Part shown: positions 57,494-64,000 of the stretch, piece by piece
Layout of the letters: each line of letters begins with the position of its first letter
Position numbering within the stretch: the stretch's first letter is position 1
Assembly (NCBI GenBank): GCA_024229275.1
Contig: JAAESQ010000884.1
Location: 6,120 to 70,119 of the forward strand
Length of the DNA stretch: 64,000 bases
Origin: a bacterium
GTDB taxonomy: Bacteria > Acidobacteriota > Thermoanaerobaculia > Thermoanaerobaculales > Sulfomarinibacteraceae
Reading direction: 5' to 3'
Made by a program: the position numbers and the translations under genes
Notes under the pieces: generated by a model
Database searches by the model: none
Seen by the model: only the letters and a program-made list of their open reading frames with translations
Told to the model about the DNA's origin: nothing

Positions 57494-57724
57494 TCAACAC
57501 CCAGTCCACCGCCCGTGCCAACCAACTCGCCCGGCACGGTACGTCCCACGTATTGGAGCACTCGTCGGATACCACCTGGCCGATCCATTCGGGCGCCCGT
57601 GTGTCGGCTGCACAATCGGTCGGCCCTTGCTGTCGATCGCTGTCACCTTGCCCCGGTAGACGCCCGGCAAGCCCTTCAGCGTGAAGTGGAGCTCGTCGCC
57701 GATAGTGAAGCCGTTAGCGGTCAT
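57494..57724 (-). CDS. small beta-rich (SH3/KOW-like) protein (76 aa)
   Basis: MTANGFTIGDELHFTLKGLPGVYRGKVTAIDSKGRPIV. ATGA overlap with the upstream ORF. Confidence 0.4.
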   Translation of the reverse strand: MTANGFTIGDELHFTLKGLPGVYRGKVTAIDSKGRPIVQPTHGRPNGSARWYPTSAPIRGTYRAGRVGWHGRWTGC

Positions 57725-58152
57725 TTTGTTCCGGCCGACAGATTGCCTGTGTTGAAGTTGGTGGCTGTGCTGTTGATGATCTCCTCGCTGCTGACTGTGT
57801 CGCGCCACATGCCATCATTGGCATGCGTCCAGATCAAGCTTGAATCGGTAATATTGCCAGTAGCCGTTTCCCGCGCGGCAATCGTCACGACGACCTTCTC
57901 ACCGATGATTTGGACGCTGCGGCGCCCTCCGTGGCCATACCGCTCCTTGATTTCGAGCATTGTTTCGTCGGTGGCTTTGACAGCCGCTTCCAGCTTTTCG
58001 CGGGCCGCGTCATACTCCCGTTTCGCTTCGATTACACCTTGGTAAGCGGCTTGGATCTCACGGTGTTCCGAGTCCTTGAGATCGTAGTGGATCGCGTCTC
58101 CAGCGCTCAGCGAGAGCACCAAGACGATCATGATTGTGAATAGTGTTTTCAT
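57721..58152 (-). CDS. secreted protein (143 aa)
   Basis: AAGGAG precedes ATG 58152. Signal peptide MKTLFTIMIVLVLSLSAGDA. Confidence 0.55.
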   Translation of the reverse strand: MKTLFTIMIVLVLSLSAGDAIHYDLKDSEHREIQAAYQGVIEAKREYDAAREKLEAAVKATDETMLEIKERYGHGGRRSVQIIGEKVVVTIAARETATGNITDSSLIWTHANDGMWRDTVSSEEIINSTATNFNTGNLSAGTK

Positions 58153-58156
58153 GGGT

Positions 58157-58537
58157 TTACTCCTTTGTTTGTTTCTCCCGCACGGTGCGTTCCCAGAGCG
58201 GCTCATATAGCATCGGCCAGCCAGTCGCCCGGCGATCGCGCTGCCCTGCCAGCCAGGCGCGCCACCAGTCGCTATAACCCCGCGCTTCTCGGTCACAGAT
58301 GCGCGCTTCGCTGAGCGACATCCTGTGGCGGTCACGGTACCCGGTCTGATACCCGCACTCGAGGGCCGTCCGCGCAACTGGCGTCGGGTGTCGCAGCTCG
58401 AGGCAGCGTACCGGCGGCGGCGAGAGAATCAGCGGCTTCGGCTTCGCTGCTTGGCGGTTGCGCCGCTCGACAGCCCGCGGAGCAACAACCCGGGCCGCTC
58501 GCCGTGTCTGGCTGATCTCGTGCAACACCGACGCCAT
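58157..58537 (-). CDS. hypothetical basic protein (126 aa)
   Basis: Start at ATG 58537 overlaps the upstream TGA. Confidence 0.4.
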   Translation of the reverse strand: MASVLHEISQTRRAARVVAPRAVERRNRQAAKPKPLILSPPPVRCLELRHPTPVARTALECGYQTGYRDRHRMSLSEARICDREARGYSDWWRAWLAGQRDRRATGWPMLYEPLWERTVREKQTKE

Positions 58538-58878
58538 CAGGCGACCTCCTGCGGGGCTGTGCGACAGGAGCAAGGCGCCATCGTGCCTTGGCCTGCGAGA
58601 GAGACACGCACCAGTCCCTTGCCGTGGCACTGCGGACAAGCTCCCCGCGGCCGATTCGGTGCCAGGTCATGAGCCACACGCCGAATCTCCATCGGGACTG
58701 GACAGTTGGGAACGGATTCGATGATCTGCCTGAGAACAGCATCCCCATGTTCCTTGCTGTGAATGCAATCTCCCACGGTGTCAACGAGTTGCTTAAGTGC
58801 TGAACGTTCGCTCGGGAAGTAATTCAGACAGGCGAGTTTGCCCACGAGAGACTTCGCCTGTGATCTTGGAATCGGCAT
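58537..58878 (-). CDS. Cys-rich protein with CxxCxGxG motif (113 aa)
   Basis: Start at ATG 58878 overlaps the rep stop. CPQCHGKG is present. Its position immediately after the initiator suggests a replication accessory role (inference). Confidence 0.45.
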   Translation of the reverse strand: MPIPRSQAKSLVGKLACLNYFPSERSALKQLVDTVGDCIHSKEHGDAVLRQIIESVPNCPVPMEIRRVAHDLAPNRPRGACPQCHGKGLVRVSLAGQGTMAPCSCRTAPQEVA

Positions 58879-59642
58879 CAGATTCCCTCCATGGCTTGGT
58901 CGAGTTTGCTCTTTGACTGCATGATGGCTGGTGGTTTGCGAATCCAGGCGCGATCGGAGAGGAACTTCCGCCCGTTCGGCGCAAACCGCCCGCTGTGCTT
59001 GTAGTACGCCACCCAAGCCGAGAGATTCTCGGAGAGCTTGTCGGCTTGGCCAATCAGATACGAATCGAACTTGAGCCAAATATCCTCAGGGACATCAGCC
59101 ACTTCGGAATATTCAGCGACGAATCGCGAGCACAGATCGTGCGGCGGGGCAGTTCTACGTTGTTCCCGTTCTTCCCCTTCTTTACGTTCTTCTTTAGTGT
59201 GCCCCTCATTTGCCCCTCGTTTGCCCTCCATTTGCCCTCCATTTGCCCCTCGTTTGCCCGAGTGTGTGCCCTCCGGCTTGTCCGCGATTTGGTAACTACT
59301 GTAGTTTGTAACGGTTATCAACGTTTTACTCTGTGCCCTAGTGTGTGCCGCAAACTCCAGATTCGCCAGATGCTGCATGGCAACGCGGACCTGTTTCACC
59401 GTGAGACCTGTGTCTTCCGCAAGTTTGCGAACACTCGAAACAAAGGAGCCGGCCGGCACAGGAATCTGTCGGCTCCCATCGTAAAACTTACTCGGCTGCC
59501 ATCGTGCTTCCATGATGTAGTGCAGCGCGAGCTTGAGAACTCCAGGCTTGAGCTGAGTCCACAGCGGTGACTCCCGGATCTTTCTGTGAATCCGGATATA
59601 GCCTGTATTCCTCGGGTCATCCAAATCAGGCAATCCTCCCAA
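58878..59642 (-). CDS. replication initiator, lambda O-like winged-helix protein (254 aa)
   Basis: N-terminal YIRIHRKIRESPLW..SVRKLAEDTGLTVKQVRVAMQHLANLEF. Iteron array inside the gene. TTG start (59642 or 59624). Confidence 0.6.
   Translation of the reverse strand: MGGLPDLDDPRNTGYIRIHRKIRESPLWTQLKPGVLKLALHYIMEARWQPSKFYDGSRQIPVPAGSFVSSVRKLAEDTGLTVKQVRVAMQHLANLEFAAHTRAQSKTLITVTNYSSYQIADKPEGTHSGKRGANGGQMEGKRGANEGHTKEERKEGEEREQRRTAPPHDLCSRFVAEYSEVADVPEDIWLKFDSYLIGQADKLSENLSAWVAYYKHSGRFAPNGRKFLSDRAWIRKPPAIMQSKSKLDQAMEGI
59199..59275. repeat. iteron array (about 6-7 tandem 11-bp repeats), probable origin of replication
   Basis: Plus-strand repeats are GTGCCCCTCA, TTTGCCCCTCG, TTTGCCCTCCA, TTTGCCCTCCA, TTTGCCCCTCG, TTTGCCCGAGT and GTGTGCCCTCC. 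An AT-richer stretch follows at 59281-59335. The array encodes GKRGANGGQMEGKRGANEG in the initiator. Confidence 0.55.
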
Positions 59643-59721
59643 AGCGTTTTCTCGGCCAGGCCCACAGCACGCGCAGCGGCAGCAGTGGGACGAAGGCCAG
59701 GGGCAGGGCGGCCGGCTTCAT
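59626..59721 (-). CDS. possible 31-aa hydrophobic micro-ORF
   Basis: MKPAALPLAFVPLLPLRVLWAWPRKRFGRIA. ATGA overlap with the preceding micro-ORF. Not in the ORF track. Confidence 0.3.
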   Translation of the reverse strand: MKPAALPLAFVPLLPLRVLWAWPRKRFGRIA

Positions 59722-59795
59722 CGGCCGCACATCTCCAGCGCCAACATGATCAGGCCTGCCGGCACGGCGATAATCAACGCAAAGAGCTTCTTCAC
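59718..59795 (-). CDS. possible 25-aa hydrophobic micro-ORF
   Basis: VKKLFALIIAVPAGLIMLALEMCGR. GTG is preceded by AAGGAGG and overlaps the previous stop (GTGA). Confidence 0.35.
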   Translation of the reverse strand: MKKLFALIIAVPAGLIMLALEMCGR

Positions 59796-59860
59796 GGGGC
59801 CTCCTTTCTCCAGCGTATCCAGTTGTAGAACCAGAACCACAGTCTAACGAGTAGCTTCAT
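59792..59860 (-). CDS. possible 22-aa Trp-rich micro-ORF
   Basis: MKLLVRLWFWFYNWIRWRKEAP. AAAGGAGAG lies 6 nt before ATG 59860. Confidence 0.3.
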   Translation of the reverse strand: MKLLVRLWFWFYNWIRWRKEAP

Positions 59861-59873
59861 GGTGTCTCTCCTT

Positions 59874-60242
59874 TCATCCGATCCCCTTCCCGAGCGCCGC
59901 AAGGTCGATCACGGTGAACTGTTCCGCGGAGCCCGCCATCATGCTTAGCAGGTGATCCCCGTCGAGGGCTTGGACCGTGCTCCCGTGGCTGCCGACAGCA
60001 AGGTAACCTCCCATGATGAGCCGCTTGAGCCGACAGCGGCGGATCCGCTGGAGCGATAGCCCAGAACTCAACAGAGCCTCGATGAGCGTCAGCAGAAGCA
60101 CCTGGCGGCGGTTGTAGTAGCGATCAGCGCCCGGGCGTGACCGTAGCGCTGTCACGAAGCCGGATTCGTCCCAGGCCTGCAGCTGGCGGATAGAGAGGCC
60201 GGTCAGCTCGGCTACCTCGGCGGTGGTGTAGGTCTCAGGCAT
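59874..60242 (-). CDS. MerR-family helix-turn-helix protein (122 aa)
   Basis: YTTAEVAELTGLSIRQLQAWDESGF..RYYNRRQVLLLTLI. Confidence 0.65.
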   Translation of the reverse strand: MPETYTTAEVAELTGLSIRQLQAWDESGFVTALRSRPGADRYYNRRQVLLLTLIEALLSSGLSLQRIRRCRLKRLIMGGYLAVGSHGSTVQALDGDHLLSMMAGSAEQFTVIDLAALGKGIG

Positions 60243-60408
60243 GGGAATCAGTCCTATTTGCGAGCATCTCCTTTACTGCCGCCTCAATGGCTTGGATGAT
60301 CGTGGCCGGGGGTGTCAATTTCAATAGACGCCCAAGAAAAGCAGCGCAGTCGCATCCGCTACGGTTCCCGCAGACAACGCAAGTCTTACTGATTGTCACA
60401 TCAGGCAC
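60235..60408 (-). CDS. small Cys-containing protein (57 aa)
   Basis: GTG 60408 follows GGAGG. CVVCGNRSGCDC. It overlaps both neighbours by 8 nt. Confidence 0.35.
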   Translation of the reverse strand: MPDVTISKTCVVCGNRSGCDCAAFLGRLLKLTPPATIIQAIEAAVKEMLANRTDSHA

Positions 60409-61336
60409 GCTGCACCTCCGGCATCTGGCGCACGTGCAAGTCCTTGGGCCATTCGGACATGTCGGAGCCTTTACTGGAGAGGATGGGCTCTGTAGCGTTT
60501 TTCCATTCAACCTCATCAGGCCATCGCGAGGTCTGGCGATAGCGTGGCACATCAAATGGCTTCGCCCCCAACTGCTTCACAAACACTGGCAGCCCAGTCT
60601 CTTTGCACTGCCGCACCACCTGCCGAATCCACGACACGTTGCACGGCCGCGCTCCCGGGCCGCTCTCTCCGCCGACGATCACCCAGTCGATGCCCTCAAA
60701 GTTGAGCGTGCCGAGGTCTTCCAGCAACGGCTCCAAACTGAGGAACCGGATAGCGGCTGGCGTCTTGCGCAGCCAGTCGATGCGGTCAAGCGTGGCGCGG
60801 TTCTCAACGGAGACGCCGAGGTGGATGTTAGAAAACGGCAGTGACGGGAGCGAGTGCTTCCCTCCGAATGAAGGATGACCTTGACCTGGGCGAAGGCGAT
60901 CAGCGGCTAGCTCGATTTGATTGTGTGTGTCCCTCGTCCAATGCCGTTTGTACATCTGCTCCGCCCGCTTCGTGAGCACCTGAAACGTGTGCTGTGGGCA
61001 CAGCGCCATCACCGCGAAGACTTCGTCTATCACCTTGTCCGGTAGCGACTCGTGGAACAGGTCCGACATCGAGTTGACGAACACCGTGCGCGGCTTGCGC
61101 CAGTGCAGCGGAGCCTGCAATCGCTCAGGAGCGAGCGTTATCTTGCCGGTCCATTTCAGCGGCTGCCCCTTCGGTGTAACAACATCCCGGTATAAGTCGC
61201 TGATGACAGGATCTGGATTGTAGGCCAACCGACGTGCCTCTCGAATCGCATAGCAATTCTTGCAGCCAGGACTGCATTTCTCGCATCCAACGGTCGGATT
61301 CCAGGCTTCCTCGGTCCACTCAATCTTAGTCGGCAT
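60401..61336 (-). CDS. phage Gp37/Gp68 (DUF5131)-like protein
   Basis: Start at ATG 61336. TKIEWTEEAWNPTVGCEKCSPGCKNCYA is the signature N-terminus of this family, as recalled from memory. Confidence 0.65.
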   Translation of the reverse strand: MPTKIEWTEEAWNPTVGCEKCSPGCKNCYAIREARRLAYNPDPVISDLYRDVVTPKGQPLKWTGKITLAPERLQAPLHWRKPRTVFVNSMSDLFHESLPDKVIDEVFAVMALCPQHTFQVLTKRAEQMYKRHWTRDTHNQIELAADRLRPGQGHPSFGGKHSLPSLPFSNIHLGVSVENRATLDRIDWLRKTPAAIRFLSLEPLLEDLGTLNFEGIDWVIVGGESGPGARPCNVSWIRQVVRQCKETGLPVFVKQLGAKPFDVPRYRQTSRWPDEVEWKNATEPILSSKGSDMSEWPKDLHVRQMPEVQRA

Positions 61337-61508
61337 CCTGACCTCGCTTCCGCACGCACTCGGGATGCGGGCAGTGCTGATCGCACCAGAATCCCGTAGT
61401 GACAACGTGGATCGGGTCTGCAGCTTCGAGGAAGTCACAATCCGGATGTTGGCAACAGGCCCCGATGATGCTACCGCTCATGACGTGGTCCGGGCGCTTG
61501 TCAGGCAT
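61326..61508 (-). CDS. small Cys/His-rich protein (60 aa)
   Basis: CCQHPDC ... CDQHCPHPEC. It overlaps both neighbours by 8-11 nt. Confidence 0.4.
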   Translation of the reverse strand: MPDKRPDHVMSGSIIGACCQHPDCDFLEAADPIHVVTTGFWCDQHCPHPECVRKRGQDAD

Positions 61509-61728
61509 CGCTGGCCTCCGGTGGTCCTGGTAGTGGCATCCAGTGTGTCGGGCGAAGGTGCCAGCCGCTGCCGTTGCCGGTCACCCATCTCTCAACCTGG
61601 AAATTGTCCCGATTCTCAGGATGTTCACAGAAGGCAATCACGCAGCCACGGCTTTTCGGCCCTTCGTGCCAGATCATAACGATGGTTTGGTCCTTTGGCG
61701 CGGTGGCGATTGGTTGCCAGTCAGCCAC
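61501..61728 (-). CDS. small phage protein with WxPIxTAPKD motif (75 aa)
   Basis: ADWQPIATAPKDQTIVMIW ... THWMPLP. This motif is common in small phage proteins of unknown function (from memory). GTG start. Confidence 0.5.
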   Translation of the reverse strand: MADWQPIATAPKDQTIVMIWHEGPKSRGCVIAFCEHPENRDNFQVERWVTGNGSGWHLRPTHWMPLPGPPEASDA

Positions 61729-61784
61729 GCCAGCCCTCCAACCGCTCCCACGCGAATATCGCCGCGAAGACGGCCACGATGGTG

Positions 61785-61988
61785 CTATCCAGAATCGCCA
61801 GTAGAGTCATCGATCACAGTTACCTCAACTCGTCTCAGATCCTCGTAGCATTTCCGGCCGGCCTTCCTTGAGCGGAACAGATCGGCCTTCAGGACGCCAT
61901 CATAGTAGTCCGGATCGGTGTAGAAGGACGGCTTTCCTTCGCTAAATCCAAGCCACAGTTTCACTACAAACCTCTCTCCTTCATCCAC
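61785..61988 (-). CDS. hypothetical small protein (start uncertain)
   Basis: GTG 61988 or 61964 (after GAAGGAGAGAGG). The ORF-track version extends to 62105 over the nuclease gene. Confidence 0.35.
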   Translation of the reverse strand: MDEGERFVVKLWLGFSEGKPSFYTDPDYYDGVLKADLFRSRKAGRKCYEDLRRVEVTVIDDSTGDSG

Positions 61989-61998
61989 GCCTGCAGGT

Positions 61999-62310
61999 TC
62001 ACGATGCCCGCTCCAATCTCTTCGCCAGATGCACAATCCGGTTGATAGCATCCTCGGCCGAAATTGCCACGATGACCTGGCCAGCCCATTTCGCGTGCCA
62101 ATCATTCTCGGCTACCGTCAGGCGCCGATGCGCCGGAAACTTGTCGCCGTCTTTGATTTCCACGAGGAAATTGTACCCGCGCCAGCCCACGAGGATGTCA
62201 GGACATCCTTGGCCAATCGATGATAGGTCCTGTACGCTGGCCGCAAGCTGCTTCCTGATTGCGGCCACTATTTTCTTGTGATTGCTGTCCACTCGGGCTG
62301 CGCGTCGCAT
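61999..62310 (-). CDS. PD-(D/E)xK nuclease (VRR-NUC / resolvase-like, 103 aa)
   Basis: GCPDILVGWRGYNFLVEIKDG is a PD..ExK motif. AGGTGA precedes ATG 62310. Confidence 0.55.
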   Translation of the reverse strand: MRRAARVDSNHKKIVAAIRKQLAASVQDLSSIGQGCPDILVGWRGYNFLVEIKDGDKFPAHRRLTVAENDWHAKWAGQVIVAISAEDAINRIVHLAKRLERAS

Positions 62311-62437
62311 ATCACCTCAACTGGCGGCTCCGAAAGGGTGCCCGGTGTTCCTGCCAGGAATCGTCCGGGGAATATGCAAATATGTTCGAAGCCGCCGGTT
62401 CAGGGGAGCGACCTACCCGATGTGACCGCTCCCAAAC

Positions 62438-63067
62438 TCATGCGTTCGGTTTGTTGTCTTCGGTCAGGGATTCATCGGCACCTCCTTCCGTTCGGTCGTC
62501 GATGAACTTGCGGCGGATGGTTGCCTGCGTGCTATCTTCACCGATGTGTCCATCTGTCTCATTGGCAATCTTCGCGCATCTCTCCGCCGTCTCCCGCGTG
62601 ATGCGCTCGGTGTGGGCGGTGGCGGCTGGCTGGGGAGAGTTAAGGAAAGCAATGGCCTTCGGGCTTCCGCTGATCTTCTGTCCTTCACATTGAGCGCATT
62701 CGTACTCGGGATACTGGCACTTGTGTCCGGGGATTTCTGCCATACACCCGTCGCAGTCGAGCACCATGATTCCGGTCCCTTCACAGGTATCGCAGTAGGT
62801 CGTTTCCTTCAGCGCGTCCACCGCCGCCGCGAGCTGGGCCTGGAGGTCCTGAATTTCCCTAGAACTTGCCTCATGTAAGCCTCTTCCTGCTTGGACTAGT
62901 TTCTTCTCACGCTTCTGCAGCCGCTCCACCTCGTCCAGCAGCTCGCGGACAAGATCGCGTACAGGTGCCGTGGTGATGAACGCCCCAAAGTCCTCATCCG
63001 GAACATGCCACCGCTCCCGTATCTCCGCCAGCCGCTCGGCAGCCATCCCACCCGTTGTCTCGCTCAT
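62438..63067 (-). CDS. coiled-coil protein with CxxCxGxG zinc finger (209 aa)
   Basis: CDTCEGTG ... CDGC ... CAQCEGQK. Its N-terminus is paralogous to the next gene (MSETT..AERL). Confidence 0.5.
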   Translation of the reverse strand: MSETTGGMAAERLAEIRERWHVPDEDFGAFITTAPVRDLVRELLDEVERLQKREKKLVQAGRGLHEASSREIQDLQAQLAAAVDALKETTYCDTCEGTGIMVLDCDGCMAEIPGHKCQYPEYECAQCEGQKISGSPKAIAFLNSPQPAATAHTERITRETAERCAKIANETDGHIGEDSTQATIRRKFIDDRTEGGADESLTEDNKPNA

Positions 63068-63552
63068 GCTGTCGCCTTCCGTTTGTCCCGTCGTTCATCG
63101 ACGGCGATACACAGGTTAGTAAACTTCACAGGGATGTCCAGCGAGATGGTTCGCGTGTACCACGGATTCGGGCTTCTGATGTCGTACTCGGGATCTTCCA
63201 TGACGCTCTCGTCCCTTGCTTCCTCGGCAAGCTTCCACGCTTCGTCCCGTTCAGCCGCCAGATCCTGGATTCGTTCATAGTGCGCGTGAACTTGGCCTTC
63301 GAGGATGTCGTTCTCCGTCCGCAGCCGACGCACCTCGCGCAGCAGCTCTCCCACGCAGCCCCAATCTGCCAGCGTGTGCGAAGTGTCGAGCCATAAGTTC
63401 CATATCCATTTCAGCCGCTCCGCGCTCATCGCCGTTGTCTCGCTCATGGGTTTGCCTTCCATTGAATGCTGATTCGGAACCGCCAGTGCTGCCAGGCTTT
63501 CGCGCAGGTGCCGGCCCATGAGCAGTACAGCGGCCGTGGCTAGCTCGGTCAT
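63064..63552 (-). CDS. coiled-coil protein, N-terminal paralog of 62438..63067
   Basis: ATG 63552 overlaps the upstream stop (ATGA). An alternative internal start at ATG 63447 (MSETTAMSAERL, after GGAAGG) matches the paralog's N-terminus. Confidence 0.45.
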   Translation of the reverse strand: MTELATAAVLLMGRHLRESLAALAVPNQHSMEGKPMSETTAMSAERLKWIWNLWLDTSHTLADWGCVGELLREVRRLRTENDILEGQVHAHYERIQDLAAERDEAWKLAEEARDESVMEDPEYDIRSPNPWYTRTISLDIPVKFTNLCIAVDERRDKRKATA

Positions 63553-63755
63553 GCTGCCGGCGTCGCCTCCTGCGTCTCGGGCGCCTTCTGGGCGTTCTTG
63601 CTGCCAGGTGGCCGGCCCCGCCTGCTTTTCGGCCTCGCTGCCTCCATCCTCTGGAATCGCCTCAGCGTCTTCTGGAACTCGTTGGCCTCCTCGGTTGTCA
63701 GCGCCGCAAAGGCTTCGAGGGCTCGCTCTACTGGATCAATTGGCTGTCTCGCCAT
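63549..63755 (-). CDS. small AT-hook-like DNA-binding protein (68 aa)
   Basis: The SRRGRPPGSKN motif follows a helical N-terminus. Confidence 0.4.
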   Translation of the reverse strand: MARQPIDPVERALEAFAALTTEEANEFQKTLRRFQRMEAARPKSRRGRPPGSKNAQKAPETQEATPAA

Positions 63756-63765
63756 GGTTCTCCTT

Positions 63766-64000
63766 TCAGTCCACTACTAACTTGTTCGCCCCGAAATGCT
63801 TATCTGCGCCGGGTACTGTCTCGCCTGAGTCGAGCGCAAATTTGATAGCGCGTTTGTTCGGTGCTGGTGGTGGTTGCTCCGCTTGCGGTGGCTGTCGCCA
63901 GAACTTCTCAGGAAGTGTGCTCTCATCGTGGACGATCACGAAGTCAGGATTCTTGCGGAGCTTGAATGTTGCCGTATGACCTTCAAGAGACTTCACCTCT
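63766..64000 (-). CDS. Gp157-like phage protein, C-terminal part (open to window edge)
   Basis: ATFKLRKNPDFVIVHDESTLPEKFW..PAPNKRAIKFALDSGETVPGA resembles the C-terminus of the siphovirus Gp157 family (from memory). The frame stays open beyond 63996. Confidence 0.4.
   Translation of the reverse strand, partial: EVKSLEGHTATFKLRKNPDFVIVHDESTLPEKFWRQPPQAEQPPPAPNKRAIKFALDSGETVPGADKHFGANKLVVD

Noticed and set aside
59199-59275. Tandem short repeats that could be mistaken for a CRISPR array
   Set aside because: The 11-bp units are directly adjacent with no spacers, and they lie inside a coding sequence. They behave like iterons. No CRISPR-like repeat-spacer structure was seen anywhere in the window.
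1-64000. Prophage-host junctions or flanking bacterial housekeeping genes
   Set aside because: Every block I can interpret is phage-like, and both window edges cut through phage-type ORFs. Prophage boundaries therefore cannot be placed inside this window.

Overview
I read this window by eye and ran no searches or programs. All motif and family calls are from memory, and all counts are hand counts.

The whole 64-kb window looks like one tightly packed, high-GC genome of a temperate tailed phage (a prophage or a phage contig). I see no convincing host flank, rRNA, tRNA or CRISPR array. There are about 100 ORFs, and many are chained by 4-nt ATGA/GTGA start-stop overlaps.

Layout:
- 1-1540: a leftward early-type operon headed by a ribbon-helix-helix (RHH) regulator.
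- 1540-3480: divergent RHH-like and membrane genes.
- 3532-6267: small membrane or secreted proteins. I recognise no endolysin.
- 6279-38424: one long minus-strand morphogenesis block in T7-like (podovirus-type) order. Read right to left it holds a small-terminase-position protein, a large terminase split into two ORFs, portal, scaffold, an HK97-type capsid with terminator, a glycosyltransferase, adaptor, nozzle and a beta-helix tailspike. Three internal/ejected-type proteins follow, including a 2091-aa giant with two ParB-like domains. Three large signal-peptide-bearing proteins close the block.
- 38421-42036: small Zn-ribbon proteins, a disordered protein, a nuclease-like ORF and an MT-A70 methyltransferase.
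- 42711-43622: a second, truncated capsid-like paralog.
- 44500-48421: two convergent operons with strongly G-depleted, C-rich sense strands.
- 48485-53291: a divergent promoter switch and a rightward operon ending in a tyrosine integrase and a terminator.
- 53407-57483: a glycan cassette with two glycosyltransferases, a transaldolase/FSA-like gene and an FkbM-type methyltransferase.
- 57494-64000: replication and recombination genes. These include a lambda-O-like initiator with internal iterons, MerR, a DUF5131-like protein, a PD-(D/E)xK nuclease and a Gp157-like protein.

Most notable candidates:
- the transcript-sense G-avoiding island, with its Shine-Dalgarno-less CTAACCCCATGA start context;
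- the extra capsid paralog carrying an export-signal-like N-terminus;
- the giant double-ParB virion-module protein;
- the glycosyltransferase inside the capsid/tail block together with the remote sugar cassette.
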